IMG/VR virus record: IMGVR_UViG_3300031787_000063
Location: 1-64,000 of that record
Direction: 5' to 3' (one strand)
DNA: 64,000 nucleotides
DNA from: a virus
The translations under genes were made by a program, and so were the position numbers. Positions 1 to 10,055 of this stretch are shown here, piece after piece (position 1 is the stretch's first letter; each line of letters begins with the position of its first letter). A model generated the notes under the pieces. That model did not search any database. It saw nothing but the letters and a program-made list of their open reading frames with translations, and was not told the origin of the DNA.

Positions 1-33
1 CAGCCTTTAAATCCTTTTTAATAGGAGAAGATT

Positions 34-201
34 ATGAAAATTAACGCAAACGAAGCGACTGAACTAATAGCCGGAGTGCTAGAAGAACTCAGCAAAAGTG
101 TCTTCCAAGGTAATCACGAACAAGACTTTTTGTGGAGAGCTAGAGTCATCGTTGGTTCTCTTGAAAAGCTTGGTATAGAAGTGGAGTATGAAAATGACTG
201 A
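34..201 (+). CDS. small hypothetical protein (55 aa), possible distant member of the MKRS..LE..G family
   Basis: Manually translated ORF after AGGAG SD; ends ..VGSLEKLGIEVEYEND. Confidence 0.6.
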   Translation: MKINANEATELIAGVLEELSKSVFQGNHEQDFLWRARVIVGSLEKLGIEVEYEND

Positions 202-354
202 AATACTCTACTGTCCAAAGAACAACGAGCTACTTCTATTCACGGGATGCTACGAACTTGACGTACAGACAAAGACCATGATACTATACTTACAGACTAG
301 GCGTAAGCGAATGGTGACTGTAGCTGCTAGTGAACTTGTACATATAGGATGGTT

Positions 355-570
355 ATGACCTACCTTGAAGCTCGCAACTCCGGTTATCCATTCAACAGAC
401 GCAAGTACAAAGACGGATGGTATATACGAGACTTGAGAAGAAATGTAGACTATGCTATGCGAGACTTGTCTCAGAGATTCTGGAGCGAGAATGATCTTGC
501 GGCAGATGATTGGCATACGGTTAGAGGTACAGGATTAGATCTTGAAACACAGGAGAAAAAACATGAGTAA
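355..570 (+). CDS. DUF2829/Tad2-like small protein
   Basis: MTYLEA..G..FNR N-terminus and W-S-x-x-D-L-A-A-D-D-W C-terminal motif typical of DUF2829. Confidence 0.45.
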   Translation: MTYLEARNSGYPFNRRKYKDGWYIRDLRRNVDYAMRDLSQRFWSENDLAADDWHTVRGTGLDLETQEKKHE

Positions 571-808
571 CATAAACGGATATTGTCCTTTCTGTAGTGC
601 AAACTTAGACGGAGACTTAGTAATCAACTATCCCCTTAGTCAAGGCAAGTCCATGGAAGAAGCTCTTGAATATGCTAAGCACTACGCTGGATGGGACGAG
701 TATAAAGAGAAGAATAAATGGGGTAGAGCCATCTCTCTATATTGTAGAGATAGGGACCGCACTGTAGCATATCGTTGTCCTGAATGTAATAAGACTTGGG
801 ATAGATAA
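563..808 (+). CDS. zinc-ribbon protein
   Basis: CPFC ... CPEC; AGGAG SD upstream of ATG 563. Confidence 0.65.
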   Translation: MSNINGYCPFCSANLDGDLVINYPLSQGKSMEEALEYAKHYAGWDEYKEKNKWGRAISLYCRDRDRTVAYRCPECNKTWDR

Positions 809-814
809 TTTTTC

Positions 815-823
815 TGTTATAAT
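815..823 (+). promoter_or_regulatory. extended -10 sigma70-type promoter
   Basis: TGtTATAAT in the intergenic gap, followed by AGGAGG SD and GTG start at 849. Confidence 0.6.
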
Positions 824-848
824 AGTAGAAGATATCAAGGAGGCAACC

Positions 849-1310
849 GTGAATATCTTTGTAACTTCATCGTGTCCAATTAAATCAGCTCACTATCTAG
901 ATGACAAGCGTAAAGTAAAGATGGCTCTTGAGTCAACTCAAATGCTTTGCACCGCACTCAATGTCAATGGAGTCAAGACTCCTTACAAGACCGGACATCT
1001 CAATCATCCTTGTACTATTTGGGCTAGAGCTAGTCAACAGAACTGGCTATGGCTTTGGCAACATGCTATGGAACTATGTCACGAATACCGTAGAATTTAT
1101 GGTAAAGAACATGCATGTGTAAAAGTTCTCAATGAAATTAAAAATCAATACAAAGTGCTACCAGATGTAGGACAAACTCCTTTTGCTAACTGTGCAAGAT
1201 CAAAAGAACGTGGTATTGATTTCACTACTGAACAAGATGTAAGCATCGCTTACAAGTTATATCTAAACGAAAGATGGGATAATGATAAACGTGAACCAAC
1301 ATGGAGCTAA
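849..1310 (+). CDS. pyrimidine-dimer DNA glycosylase / endonuclease V (DenV-like)
   Basis: MNIF...DDKRKVKMALESTQML, YK.GH.NHPCT.W, L..EY.R.YGK.H motifs. Confidence 0.75.
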   Translation: MNIFVTSSCPIKSAHYLDDKRKVKMALESTQMLCTALNVNGVKTPYKTGHLNHPCTIWARASQQNWLWLWQHAMELCHEYRRIYGKEHACVKVLNEIKNQYKVLPDVGQTPFANCARSKERGIDFTTEQDVSIAYKLYLNERWDNDKREPTWS

Positions 1311-1311
1311 A

Positions 1312-1515
1312 ATGAAAAGCCTTCTTGAAGTAGAAGAACTATCTGTATCCGAAATTACCCTAAAACAGTTACAAGAATTGCACGATAACCTAGCAGAAGA
1401 ACTCTGTATGGATCAAGACGCACAAACAAACAACGAATTGTTTAAGCGATACGTTAAAGCTTATGATAAACTACAAGAGCTACTAGTAGAGTACCATGAG
1501 AGGAATAATGGATAA
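1312..1515 (+). CDS. hypothetical protein
   Basis: ORF tightly packed between neighbours. Confidence 0.55.
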   Translation: MKSLLEVEELSVSEITLKQLQELHDNLAEELCMDQDAQTNNELFKRYVKAYDKLQELLVEYHERNNG

Positions 1516-3793
1516 ACGATACGTACTTATTGATACCGATGAGAAGTTTCAAGAAGCAGTAGACCATCTCAATAGTGTAGAGTATGTGGCTTATGATACC
1601 GAGACTACTGGACTAAATGTTCGCAAAGAAGAAGTGATTGGGTTCTCTTTTACAGGATCAGTAAAACTAGGCTACTATCTTCCGCTGTATCAATGGAACA
1701 ATAAAACTCAAGAGCTTGAAGATCATCCAACCTTCAATACTATTAAGCAACGTCAGCTATTGGATATTTTAAAAACCAAGAAACTGATAATGCACAATGC
1801 TTCCTTTGATGTTAGGATTACTGCGAACTTTTTTAAAGTAAACCTACTGACTAGTCTCCATGCAGATACTCAATTGATGGAGCATACTCTCAATGAGGAA
1901 GGACCGTTTGCTTTGAAAGAAGTTTGTACTATCAAAGCAAAAGAACTAGGACTAGACTCGCAAGACTTTGCCAATCAGGAACAGCTTGAACTAAAAGAAT
2001 CTGTGATAGCTAATGGAGGTAAGTGGATCAACGCTCAGAAAGATATATATAAAGGCGACCTTGCTATTATATCCAAGTATGCTTGTGCTGACGTTGACTT
2101 AACTCTTCGTCTATTTCTCCACAACGAACAGAGATTGATTCAAGAAGGACTACATGATTTCTTCTATAATCAGGAAGTAATGCCGCTGCAGAAGTATGTT
2201 ACTATACGCATGGAGCATAGAGGGGTTCATATTGATCTAGCTCGACTCACAGAACTTTATAATAACATTACAGAAGATATTGTAAAGTATGAACAGGAAG
2301 TGGTAGAATCTTTATACACTCATCCGGCTTGGTCAGCATACATTGAATCTAAACTAAATGAGATCCCTGTATCTAATAAAGGTTCCTTTGCCCAAGAGCT
2401 TTGTCGTAGAGCTAATCTAGATCTTCCTATTTCAGATTCTGGAAAGTTCTCTATAAATAAAAAAACAGTGCAAGCTTTGCCGGAAACTAAATGGAAAGGT
2501 TTTCTCCTTAGTAATGATACAGTATGGTTATCTTCTTTTGACATTCATGATATTAGAGTTGCTCTTTATAAAAAAGAAAACGAAACAGAATATCTTATCA
2601 ACATTCAATCCAAGACACAGCTTGCCGATTTAGTATTCAACTTTATGGGAGTAGAGCCACTAACGAAGACAGCTAAAGGATCTCCTCAGTTCAATGAGGA
2701 TTTCGTTGAAAGCATTTCTAAGGATCATCCTTGGGCTGAGAAGTTACGAGTGTACAATAAGCTTAATAAGATTAGAAGCAGTTACTATGAGAGATTTCTT
2801 GAGAACCATGAAGACGGAGTTTACTATCCCACGTTCAAACAACATGGTACTACTTCTGGAAGATACTCAAGTGACTTCCAACAGTTGCCTCGACCTAAAG
2901 ATGAAGATAGTGTAGAGCATGAACTAGTAAAGAAATACAACGATTCGATTCGAGAACTTGTTATCCCACCTCCGGGCTATGTGTTTATTGATGACGACTA
3001 TGAGTCTCTAGAACCTCGTTGTTTTGCTGATGATGCTGGAGATGAAGCTCTTATTGACATCTTCACAAAGAACCTAGATATGTATTCAGTGGTTGCTATC
3101 ATGGCAGAAAATATCAAAGATGCATCTGCTGATAAGAAAGCTGATAACTTTCTTAAAAAGAAATATCCACAGAAAAGACAGAACGCCAAGGCTTATGCTC
3201 TTGGTATTCGGTATGGGATGAAAGAGTTTAAGTTAGCAAAGAGTTTGGACATCGACGAAGATAAAGCGGCAGAGATTATCAAAAACTATTTCAAAGCTTT
3301 CCCCGGATTGAAAGCTAAGATGGATAAGTATCTTCGAGAAGTCAAAACCACTGGTAAGGTTACTAGTAAGTTTGGAAGAGTGCGACACTTGCCTAGAGCT
3401 AAAGAAATTTACGAAAAATTTGGGGATGGTATTTTAGACTTTAGAAATCTAAAAAAGATTTCGATTAAGACTAATGTTCCAATGGATGAACTAAAGATGA
3501 TTCGTAAAGAATACAATAATCTATTGAACAATGCTTTGAACTTTCCCATCCAATCTGCCGCCACTTCTATTGTAAATAGAGCTGCAATAGCCATGACAAA
3601 GAAGTTTATGGATAATAAAATAGATGCTTGGGTTAGTTTACAGATTCACGATCAGCTAGTTACAACTTGTAGAAAAGAGCTTTGTGAGAATGGAAAAGTT
3701 ATTGTACAATATGCTATGGAGGAAACTAATAAATTAGCCATGCCTCTTATAGCTAAACCAGAAATAGCAAGAAATTTAAGGGAAGGTCATTAA
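1496..3793 (+). CDS. polA: DNA polymerase family A with 3'-5' exonuclease
   Basis: Exo motifs YDTETTG, HNASFD, YACAD; pol motifs TTSGRYSS, DYESLEPR, RQNAK..LGIRYG, NFPIQS, QIHDQL. Confidence 0.95.
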   Translation: MRGIMDKRYVLIDTDEKFQEAVDHLNSVEYVAYDTETTGLNVRKEEVIGFSFTGSVKLGYYLPLYQWNNKTQELEDHPTFNTIKQRQLLDILKTKKLIMHNASFDVRITANFFKVNLLTSLHADTQLMEHTLNEEGPFALKEVCTIKAKELGLDSQDFANQEQLELKESVIANGGKWINAQKDIYKGDLAIISKYACADVDLTLRLFLHNEQRLIQEGLHDFFYNQEVMPLQKYVTIRMEHRGVHIDLARLTELYNNITEDIVKYEQEVVESLYTHPAWSAYIESKLNEIPVSNKGSFAQELCRRANLDLPISDSGKFSINKKTVQALPETKWKGFLLSNDTVWLSSFDIHDIRVALYKKENETEYLINIQSKTQLADLVFNFMGVEPLTKTAKGSPQFNEDFVESISKDHPWAEKLRVYNKLNKIRSSYYERFLENHEDGVYYPTFKQHGTTSGRYSSDFQQLPRPKDEDSVEHELVKKYNDSIRELVIPPPGYVFIDDDYESLEPRCFADDAGDEALIDIFTKNLDMYSVVAIMAENIKDASADKKADNFLKKKYPQKRQNAKAYALGIRYGMKEFKLAKSLDIDEDKAAEIIKNYFKAFPGLKAKMDKYLREVKTTGKVTSKFGRVRHLPRAKEIYEKFGDGILDFRNLKKISIKTNVPMDELKMIRKEYNNLLNNALNFPIQSAATSIVNRAAIAMTKKFMDNKIDAWVSLQIHDQLVTTCRKELCENGKVIVQYAMEETNKLAMPLIAKPEIARNLREGH

Positions 3794-3971
3794 TGCTAGA
3801 AGCAATTTTACTATTAGCATCATCTGCGTGTATCATATTTTTAGTTAACAGTAATTTAAAATTACAGAAAAAAATTAGTAAATATGAATTTGACATCTTT
3901 ATGCAAAATGTGGATAAAGAACTTACATCATATACAAGAGAGGACTACACTGTGGTTGAAAGGATTTTACA

Positions 3972-4193
3972 ATGAAACGGAGCGAATTTATATCAATGCT
4001 ATCTGAAGTGGTTTCAAGAAGAAACACTGGACATTATTCTTATAATGAAAAAGCTCACGCAGAAGATGTTTTACGTTTTCTAGAAAGTCTTGGAATCATT
4101 GCACCTACTTATGAGAAAACAGTTATTAGGAGAGATATAGAAGCCATACCTTATGAAGATACTATTATTATAAAAGGATGGGAAGATGAGTGA
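3972..4193 (+). CDS. small protein, MKRS..LE..G..P..WEDE paralogue family
   Basis: Motif shared with 4420, 53312 and 54998 ORFs. Confidence 0.7.
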   Translation: MKRSEFISMLSEVVSRRNTGHYSYNEKAHAEDVLRFLESLGIIAPTYEKTVIRRDIEAIPYEDTIIIKGWEDE

Positions 4194-4419
4194 AAAAGAA
4201 GCAGAAGAAGTTTTAAGAAAGTTTCTAGAATATAAAATGATGTGGCATAGTCAAGATAACTATGCTAATAAATATGACGTACATCATGCCATGAACGTAT
4301 TAGGTCCAAAAAAAGTAGATGAAATTACTAAAGAATTTCATAAAATTTGGAATGAAGAATGAAACAAATTATTATACTAATAGTTATGATAATTCTTTTA
4401 AATTATATTAAGGCGTAAT

Positions 4420-4680
4420 ATGTTTGCAAAACGAAGTCAAATGATTAAAAATATAGAAGAAAAAATAAAAAGTTGTGGACCTAACACATCTCAAACAGCA
4501 GAAAAAATTCTTGAATTAGTAGAGATGTTTATGGAGCCAAAGTTAAGACCTCTTACTAAAAAAGAAGTTGATGACCATGTCTTAGTAAAGCAGGTTCATG
4601 CGTCAAGAAAAGATGAAGTCAGAGAATACGTAAGTAACCTCGATTATGAAAAAAAACGTGAATGGATTCCGGAGGAATAA
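4420..4680 (+). CDS. small protein, MKRS-family paralogue
   Basis: KRSQMI...AEKILELVE..M.P...WIPEE. Confidence 0.65.
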   Translation: MFAKRSQMIKNIEEKIKSCGPNTSQTAEKILELVEMFMEPKLRPLTKKEVDDHVLVKQVHASRKDEVREYVSNLDYEKKREWIPEE

Positions 4681-4813
4681 TGAACTTTAAAACTTTTATT
4701 ACTTTGTTTTTACTTGGCATTTCATGTTCTTGTTCTATTACTTATGAAAAAAATTTCGGAGAAGATGAAGAAGAAAAGCATCAAAGATATCCTGAAACAG
4801 GATCATTTAGACC

Positions 4814-5353
4814 ATGAAAAATGAATACTATCTTGGATCAGATATATTACTTATCTGTGAAGCATTTGCAGAAAAAGTAGTGCATACTAACAAAGATGAA
4901 TACTCAAGACGTAAACAATCAGATTTAGCTAAAATAAAAAGAGATATAGTTATAGGTAAACTCGCTGAATGGGGAGTCTATATGATATATCTTCAACGAG
5001 GTAAATCAGTACGCAATTGCCCTGACATGAGCATATATGAAAAAGAAGAAAAATCTTTTGATGCCGATCTTCGTTGGGGGTTATACAATCTACATATAAA
5101 ATCTCAGACATCAGAATCAGCATTTCGTTATGGAGATAGTTGGATATTCCAATCTAAAGATCCTTTATTTGAATTTAGTGGAGACTATGATATAGTAATA
5201 GGGTGTAGGGTTGGAGTAGATGATTTTGAAAGAGGTGCATTTGTAGAGATACTTTTAGAAAAACCTTTTAGAAATCTAATATTCGGAGACACTAAACTAA
5301 GTAAGTTTTCTGGAAATAAAAAAGCTGTTTACTTAAAGGATAATAATGGATAA
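4814..5353 (+). CDS. hypothetical, possible PD-(D/E)xK-like nuclease
   Basis: GKLAE...PD...DADL...HIKS spacing resembles restriction-like fold. Confidence 0.4.
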   Translation: MKNEYYLGSDILLICEAFAEKVVHTNKDEYSRRKQSDLAKIKRDIVIGKLAEWGVYMIYLQRGKSVRNCPDMSIYEKEEKSFDADLRWGLYNLHIKSQTSESAFRYGDSWIFQSKDPLFEFSGDYDIVIGCRVGVDDFERGAFVEILLEKPFRNLIFGDTKLSKFSGNKKAVYLKDNNG

Positions 5354-5560
5354 TAAAGGACGTTCTTTGGGTGTAATAAGTTTAGATGACGAATGGTTCG
5401 ATAGTACTGTAGATATGGTAAGAGAGGAATTACAGATTCCTTTTTTAGATTTAGAACAAAAAGAATCATTGGAACGAGTTGTTATGATGAGTATTGCTTT
5501 TTACTTTATGTTTGCAAGAGAGTCTACAAATAAAACTACCAAATTAACTCAGTAGGTGTT

Positions 5561-6352
5561 ATGAAAGAACTAAGTACAGGACAAATTACTTTTATTGTAT
5601 CTCATTATAAAAAAGGAAAGGGTAGGAAAGCTATAACTCGCTTATTCAACCGTAAGTATGGTACAAATATCACAGAATACTCTATGCGTAGGAAACTTGA
5701 AAAGCTAACAAAAGACGTAGAAAGAGATGTCCCAAAGGTTTTGTATGTAGATATTGAGACAAAACCTTTAAAGGCATGGGTATGGGGTACGTTTGACCAG
5801 AATATTCCACTAGAAATGTTGATTGAGGATTGGTCTGTACTTTCATGGTCGGCAAAATGGGCTGGAGCACCCGAATCGGAAGTCATTTACATGGACAATC
5901 GCAAAAAAAAGGGAAGTGCTTTGACAAATGACAAGGAATTGTTGAAGCCACTATGGAAACTTATGGACGAAGCTGATATAATCATCGGTCAAAACTCTGA
6001 TAGGTTTGATTTACCAAAGCTAAACGCTAGATTTATCGAACATAGCATGGGATGTCCAAGCCATTTTGAATCCATTGATACTTATAAGATGGCTAAGAAG
6101 TTCGGATTCACTTCACACAAACTAGCATACATGACAGCTAAGTTAAATAAGAAATATAAGAAGCAAGATCACTCAGATTTTAGGGGATTTAAGTTGTGGG
6201 ACGAATGTATTAAAGGTAATATAAAAGCATGGAAATCTATGGAAACATATAACAAATACGATGTATTATCTTTAGAAGAACTGTTCCTACAACTAGCAGA
6301 TTTTATTAAAAACGAAAAGGTAGCCTCGGCTTTACGTGTTTATAAAAAATGA
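5561..6352 (+). CDS. DEDD/RNase H-like 3'-5' exonuclease with N-terminal HTH-like region
   Basis: YVDIET, GQNSDRFD, SIDT, YNKYDV motifs. Confidence 0.85.
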   Translation: MKELSTGQITFIVSHYKKGKGRKAITRLFNRKYGTNITEYSMRRKLEKLTKDVERDVPKVLYVDIETKPLKAWVWGTFDQNIPLEMLIEDWSVLSWSAKWAGAPESEVIYMDNRKKKGSALTNDKELLKPLWKLMDEADIIIGQNSDRFDLPKLNARFIEHSMGCPSHFESIDTYKMAKKFGFTSHKLAYMTAKLNKKYKKQDHSDFRGFKLWDECIKGNIKAWKSMETYNKYDVLSLEELFLQLADFIKNEKVASALRVYKK

Positions 6353-6765
6353 TTATAGTAAAAAAACTAGAGTGGATGAGAGACTATGTTGATGCTGTTT
6401 CTCATTTGCTCCCAAAAATTAAACAACTCAAAAAGATTTCCTCAAAGACAGGAAACAAAGAACGCTTCCAACACTGTCACGGATTAATAACTTACTTTGA
6501 TAAAAAATCATTTCGCATTACTTTATATGTAACATACCATGAAACTCTTAGTGATAAAATCATAGACTATAGTACTATAGATCTTCTACAGTATTTAGCA
6601 CATGAGCTTGCTCATTTGGAACATTGGGATCACACTCCGGGACATAAACAATTAGAATGTATCTTAATGGGAATTTTTATGACAAGACTTGCTCAGGATG
6701 GCTATGTTTCAGAAGAAGAAGAGGAAAAAAACGGTTCATTTTATGAAAGGGAGGACGAAGAATGA
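6349..6765 (+). CDS. zincin-like metallopeptidase domain protein
   Basis: AHELAHL..WDH motif. Confidence 0.6.
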   Translation: MIIVKKLEWMRDYVDAVSHLLPKIKQLKKISSKTGNKERFQHCHGLITYFDKKSFRITLYVTYHETLSDKIIDYSTIDLLQYLAHELAHLEHWDHTPGHKQLECILMGIFMTRLAQDGYVSEEEEEKNGSFYEREDEE

Positions 6766-7430
6766 TTATTGCTTTCTCTGGTACTAAATTTGCTGGAAAA
6801 GATACTGCTGCAGAAATACTAATAAAAAGACATGGCTTTAAGAGAATTGGGTTGGCAGACAAATTAAAAGATATTTGTTCTGATGTTTTTCAAATTCCAA
6901 GAGCTGACATGGATGATCCTAGTAAAAAAGAATATCCTTTCAAAAAAGAAGTAACAATAAGTATAGAAAACATTGATGAGTTATTACGGAGGGTTCAAAG
7001 AGATGGATTTGAATTTGACTATGAAGAAATATACAGAGGAGTTTGTAAGAATTTTCATGGTAAAAATCTTACAAGTATTCGTGACATTCTTCAAACTATC
7101 GGCACTGATTTATTTCGCACTTATATTAAAGATGACATTTGGTTAGAGTATATTAAAAAAGAACTTTCGCCAGAAGATAACATTGTAATTACTGATGCTA
7201 GATTTCAGAATGAGAGAGATTTTCTAAAGAAAATGGGAGCTATATTAATTCTCGTTAATAGACCGGGATATGAATCAAAAAGTTCTCATATAAGCGAAAA
7301 CCAGTTAGGATCTCCTTCTGATTATGATGTAGTAGCAATGAATGATTCTAGTATAGGTCATCTGCAATCTAGCATATCTATGTGGTATGAAATGAGAAAA
7401 CATGAGCTTTTACGTTATTCTAGAAAATAA
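6762..7430 (+). CDS. deoxynucleoside monophosphate kinase
   Basis: G.KFAGKDT P-loop, R.ILQ.IGT..FR, ITDARF.NE, HISE. Confidence 0.9.
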   Translation: MIIAFSGTKFAGKDTAAEILIKRHGFKRIGLADKLKDICSDVFQIPRADMDDPSKKEYPFKKEVTISIENIDELLRRVQRDGFEFDYEEIYRGVCKNFHGKNLTSIRDILQTIGTDLFRTYIKDDIWLEYIKKELSPEDNIVITDARFQNERDFLKKMGAILILVNRPGYESKSSHISENQLGSPSDYDVVAMNDSSIGHLQSSISMWYEMRKHELLRYSRK

Positions 7431-7767
7431 CTACACTAAAAATGTAGATAATTTAGAAGTGGGGGATCTTGTACTGTGCGAAGATGGATACTACTATCCC
7501 GTCAAAAGTGTACTAGTAACTTCAGGATATCCTTTATTTTGTAGGTTATCTAATGGATTGACCTATTATATTCCAGAAAGAATGTTCATAAAAACAATCA
7601 AAGGGTTTAAAAAACCAGAGCTTTGGGACATTATACCAATTGACAAAACCTTAACTCCTCAAATAGTAAGCGTTACGAATATTGAAAAAATTATGTTTTT
7701 TCGTGATATACTTATAGATGGTAATATGATAACTCCAGAGGGCGTGATTTTTAAATACTCAAGCTAA
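7402..7767 (+). CDS. stand-alone degenerate Hint (intein-like) domain protein
   Basis: KNVDNLEVGDLVLCEDG..PVKSV, LSNG, IVSVTNIE...RDILIDGN..EG pattern; catalytic termini absent. Confidence 0.5.
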   Translation: MSFYVILENNYTKNVDNLEVGDLVLCEDGYYYPVKSVLVTSGYPLFCRLSNGLTYYIPERMFIKTIKGFKKPELWDIIPIDKTLTPQIVSVTNIEKIMFFRDILIDGNMITPEGVIFKYSS

Positions 7768-7776
7768 AGGCAAAAG

Positions 7777-8151
7777 ATGGGTAGAAAACGTGATAAAGAA
7801 GAAGATAACCATGAGCAAAATGAAGAAATTATCAAACAACTTAAGGCAGCAAATAGAAGGCTTAAAAGCGATAACCAAAGATTAAAATCAGAAATCGCTA
7901 CTTTGCAGGAAGCTTTTAAGAAAACCAGTATCTACATTAAAAATAATACAGATCAGGTTTCGGTTGAAAAAATTATAGAGGGAGTTAAAAAAGGATCTAA
8001 TCTTGAACAGATTAAAAAAAGTTCTAAATGTGAAAAATGTGGTTCTACTAATGTAAAAGATTTAGCAGTGCCTACAGTTGGTAGAATACTTCTTTGTGGA
8101 GATTGCAAACATCGTAAGGTATTAAAAAATGAGAAAGAAGAAAAAATCTGA
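7777..8151 (+). CDS. coiled-coil plus C-terminal Zn-ribbon protein
   Basis: Heptad stretch; CEKC...CGDC. Confidence 0.65.
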   Translation: MGRKRDKEEDNHEQNEEIIKQLKAANRRLKSDNQRLKSEIATLQEAFKKTSIYIKNNTDQVSVEKIIEGVKKGSNLEQIKKSSKCEKCGSTNVKDLAVPTVGRILLCGDCKHRKVLKNEKEEKI

Positions 8152-8536
8152 ACCCATACTATCCTCTACTGATAAAAGATTTAGAACTGTTCTAATTTCG
8201 GTATTACGTAGATTTTCTAGATTTTGGGAACCTTCTAATAGCGTATTAAAAAAGGCACGTATTGCTAGAGGCATGTATCAATGTTCTCTTTGTTCCAAAG
8301 TTGTAGGATCAAAAGAAATGAAAGTTGATCACATAGAACCTGTGGTTCCTGTTACAGGATTTACTACGTGGGATGATCTTATATCTAGGCTTTTTTGTGA
8401 AGAGTCGGGACTTCAAGCTATATGCAAACCTTGCCATGACGAAAAAACTAAAAAAGAAAATGAACAAAGAAGGCGTTGTATGAAAGAAAAAGCTGTGTTA
8501 AAATATTACAAGGATAAGATGGATAAAGATGAATAA
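8129..8536 (+). CDS. HNH endonuclease
   Basis: CSLC...VDHIEPV...LQAICKPCHDEKT. Confidence 0.85.
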   Translation: MRKKKKSEPILSSTDKRFRTVLISVLRRFSRFWEPSNSVLKKARIARGMYQCSLCSKVVGSKEMKVDHIEPVVPVTGFTTWDDLISRLFCEESGLQAICKPCHDEKTKKENEQRRRCMKEKAVLKYYKDKMDKDE

Positions 8537-9044
8537 TTTGTTCGGAAAAATAATTGATACCTTTATAATACTGGTTTTAACAGTATCCTCCATTGTTTGT
8601 TTTATTTTACAATTTAACATAAAAACTAATGAACCACTTTTGATGGATGATGAGTTTTTGCCATTTTTTGAAAATTTTAAAAAAGATGCCGATAAATATA
8701 AAGTAGTTCCTGATTTTAAAAATATGAGTACTACTTTCACTAATGAACTTCCAGAAGGAGTTTTAGCCTACTGTCTTCCTAAATTCAACACTATAAAAGT
8801 TTCCAGAGCAAAGTGGAATAGACTAGATCCACTATCTAGAAAACTACTCCTATACCATGAATGGGGGCATTGTGCTTTGAGAAGAGAGCATGTGGAATAT
8901 ACTTATAATTATTCCATCATAACATGCCCAGACAGTATCATGTATCCATATATAGACCCAACAGTAAGATGTTACGATTTATCCCCACAATGGTATGACA
9001 AAGAACTGTTTACCAATTTAAATAACAGGGAAACAATTCCCTAA
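8529..9044 (+). CDS. membrane-anchored metzincin-like metalloprotease
   Basis: N-terminal hydrophobic helix; HEWGHCAL..EH; SIMYP Met-turn. Confidence 0.75.
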   Translation: MNNLFGKIIDTFIILVLTVSSIVCFILQFNIKTNEPLLMDDEFLPFFENFKKDADKYKVVPDFKNMSTTFTNELPEGVLAYCLPKFNTIKVSRAKWNRLDPLSRKLLLYHEWGHCALRREHVEYTYNYSIITCPDSIMYPYIDPTVRCYDLSPQWYDKELFTNLNNRETIP

Positions 9045-9052
9045 GGAGATCT

Positions 9053-9796
9053 ATGAAGTTTTTAATTCTGTTACTACTAATGATTAATACTGCTTTTTCT
9101 AAAGAAATACTCCTAACAGAAGATAATACTGCTTCTCTATCCGGACCAGTTACAGCAAATTCCATAGGAGAATTAATGTTTGAACTATCAGAAGTTTCTC
9201 AAAAAGGAGATCCAAAAGATCCTATCTATCTAGTACTAAATACTCCGGGAGGTAGTGTAATGGCTGGATTAAAATTGATAGAGTATATGAATACCTTGAG
9301 ACGACCTGTGATTGTAGTGGCTAACCTAGCTGCTAGTATGGGGTTTCACATTCTACAACATAGTGAACGAAGACTAGTAACTCCTTTTGCTACAATAATG
9401 TCTCATAGAGCTAGTGGTGGATTTGAGGGAGATATTCCTCAACAAGTATCTAATAGGCTAAAGCACGTTATTGATTTAGTTAATAAAATGGATGCTCATG
9501 TAGTGTCTAGAACCAAAGGTAAGTACGATAAAAAATCTTACATGGAGTTGATTCGAGATGAGTATTATTCAGTAGGATCTGATGCAGTAGAGGATGGGTT
9601 TGCTGATGAAGTGGTTACTTTGAAATGTGATAATGCTTTGAATGCTTACGTACCTAAAATTGTAAATATGTTCATGTTTAGAATTAAAGTTAAAGTTTCT
9701 AAATGTCCATTAGCTAGTTTACCAATTCCAGATACTGATCAAGACAGTAGTAAAGTTTACGAATACTTTACAAACATCAGAGGAATGGAGCTATAG
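9053..9796 (+). CDS. ClpP/S14-like serine protease with signal peptide
   Basis: NTPGGSV, AASMG (Ser), MSHRAS (His), DAVEDGFADEV; MKFLILLLLMINTAFS signal. Confidence 0.8.
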   Translation: MKFLILLLLMINTAFSKEILLTEDNTASLSGPVTANSIGELMFELSEVSQKGDPKDPIYLVLNTPGGSVMAGLKLIEYMNTLRRPVIVVANLAASMGFHILQHSERRLVTPFATIMSHRASGGFEGDIPQQVSNRLKHVIDLVNKMDAHVVSRTKGKYDKKSYMELIRDEYYSVGSDAVEDGFADEVVTLKCDNALNAYVPKIVNMFMFRIKVKVSKCPLASLPIPDTDQDSSKVYEYFTNIRGMEL

Positions 9797-9797
9797 T

Positions 9798-10055
9798 ATG
9801 GAATATGTTTTAGGAATATTTATAGCTATGGGGGGAGTAATCTTTGCTCTCCTCAAAATAAATAATAATCTAAGATCTAAAAATAAAATTAAAGATATAG
9901 AAATTGCTGATGCTAAGCTTGAATCAGAGCAAAATCAGATTAAAAAAGAAAAGCAAAAACTTCAAAAAGAACTAGCATCACTTAATACAAAAAAAGAAAT
10001 TGTATCAGACGAAGATGTGGAAGAGTTTTGGAAAAACAGAAAGAGGGATAAATGA
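9798..10055 (+). CDS. membrane-anchored coiled-coil protein
   Basis: N-terminal TM followed by heptads. Confidence 0.6.
   Translation: MEYVLGIFIAMGGVIFALLKINNNLRSKNKIKDIEIADAKLESEQNQIKKEKQKLQKELASLNTKKEIVSDEDVEEFWKNRKRDK

Noticed and set aside
6249-6258. ATAACAAATA inside the exonuclease CDS
   Set aside because: Intragenic and encodes the conserved YNKYD motif; may be chance
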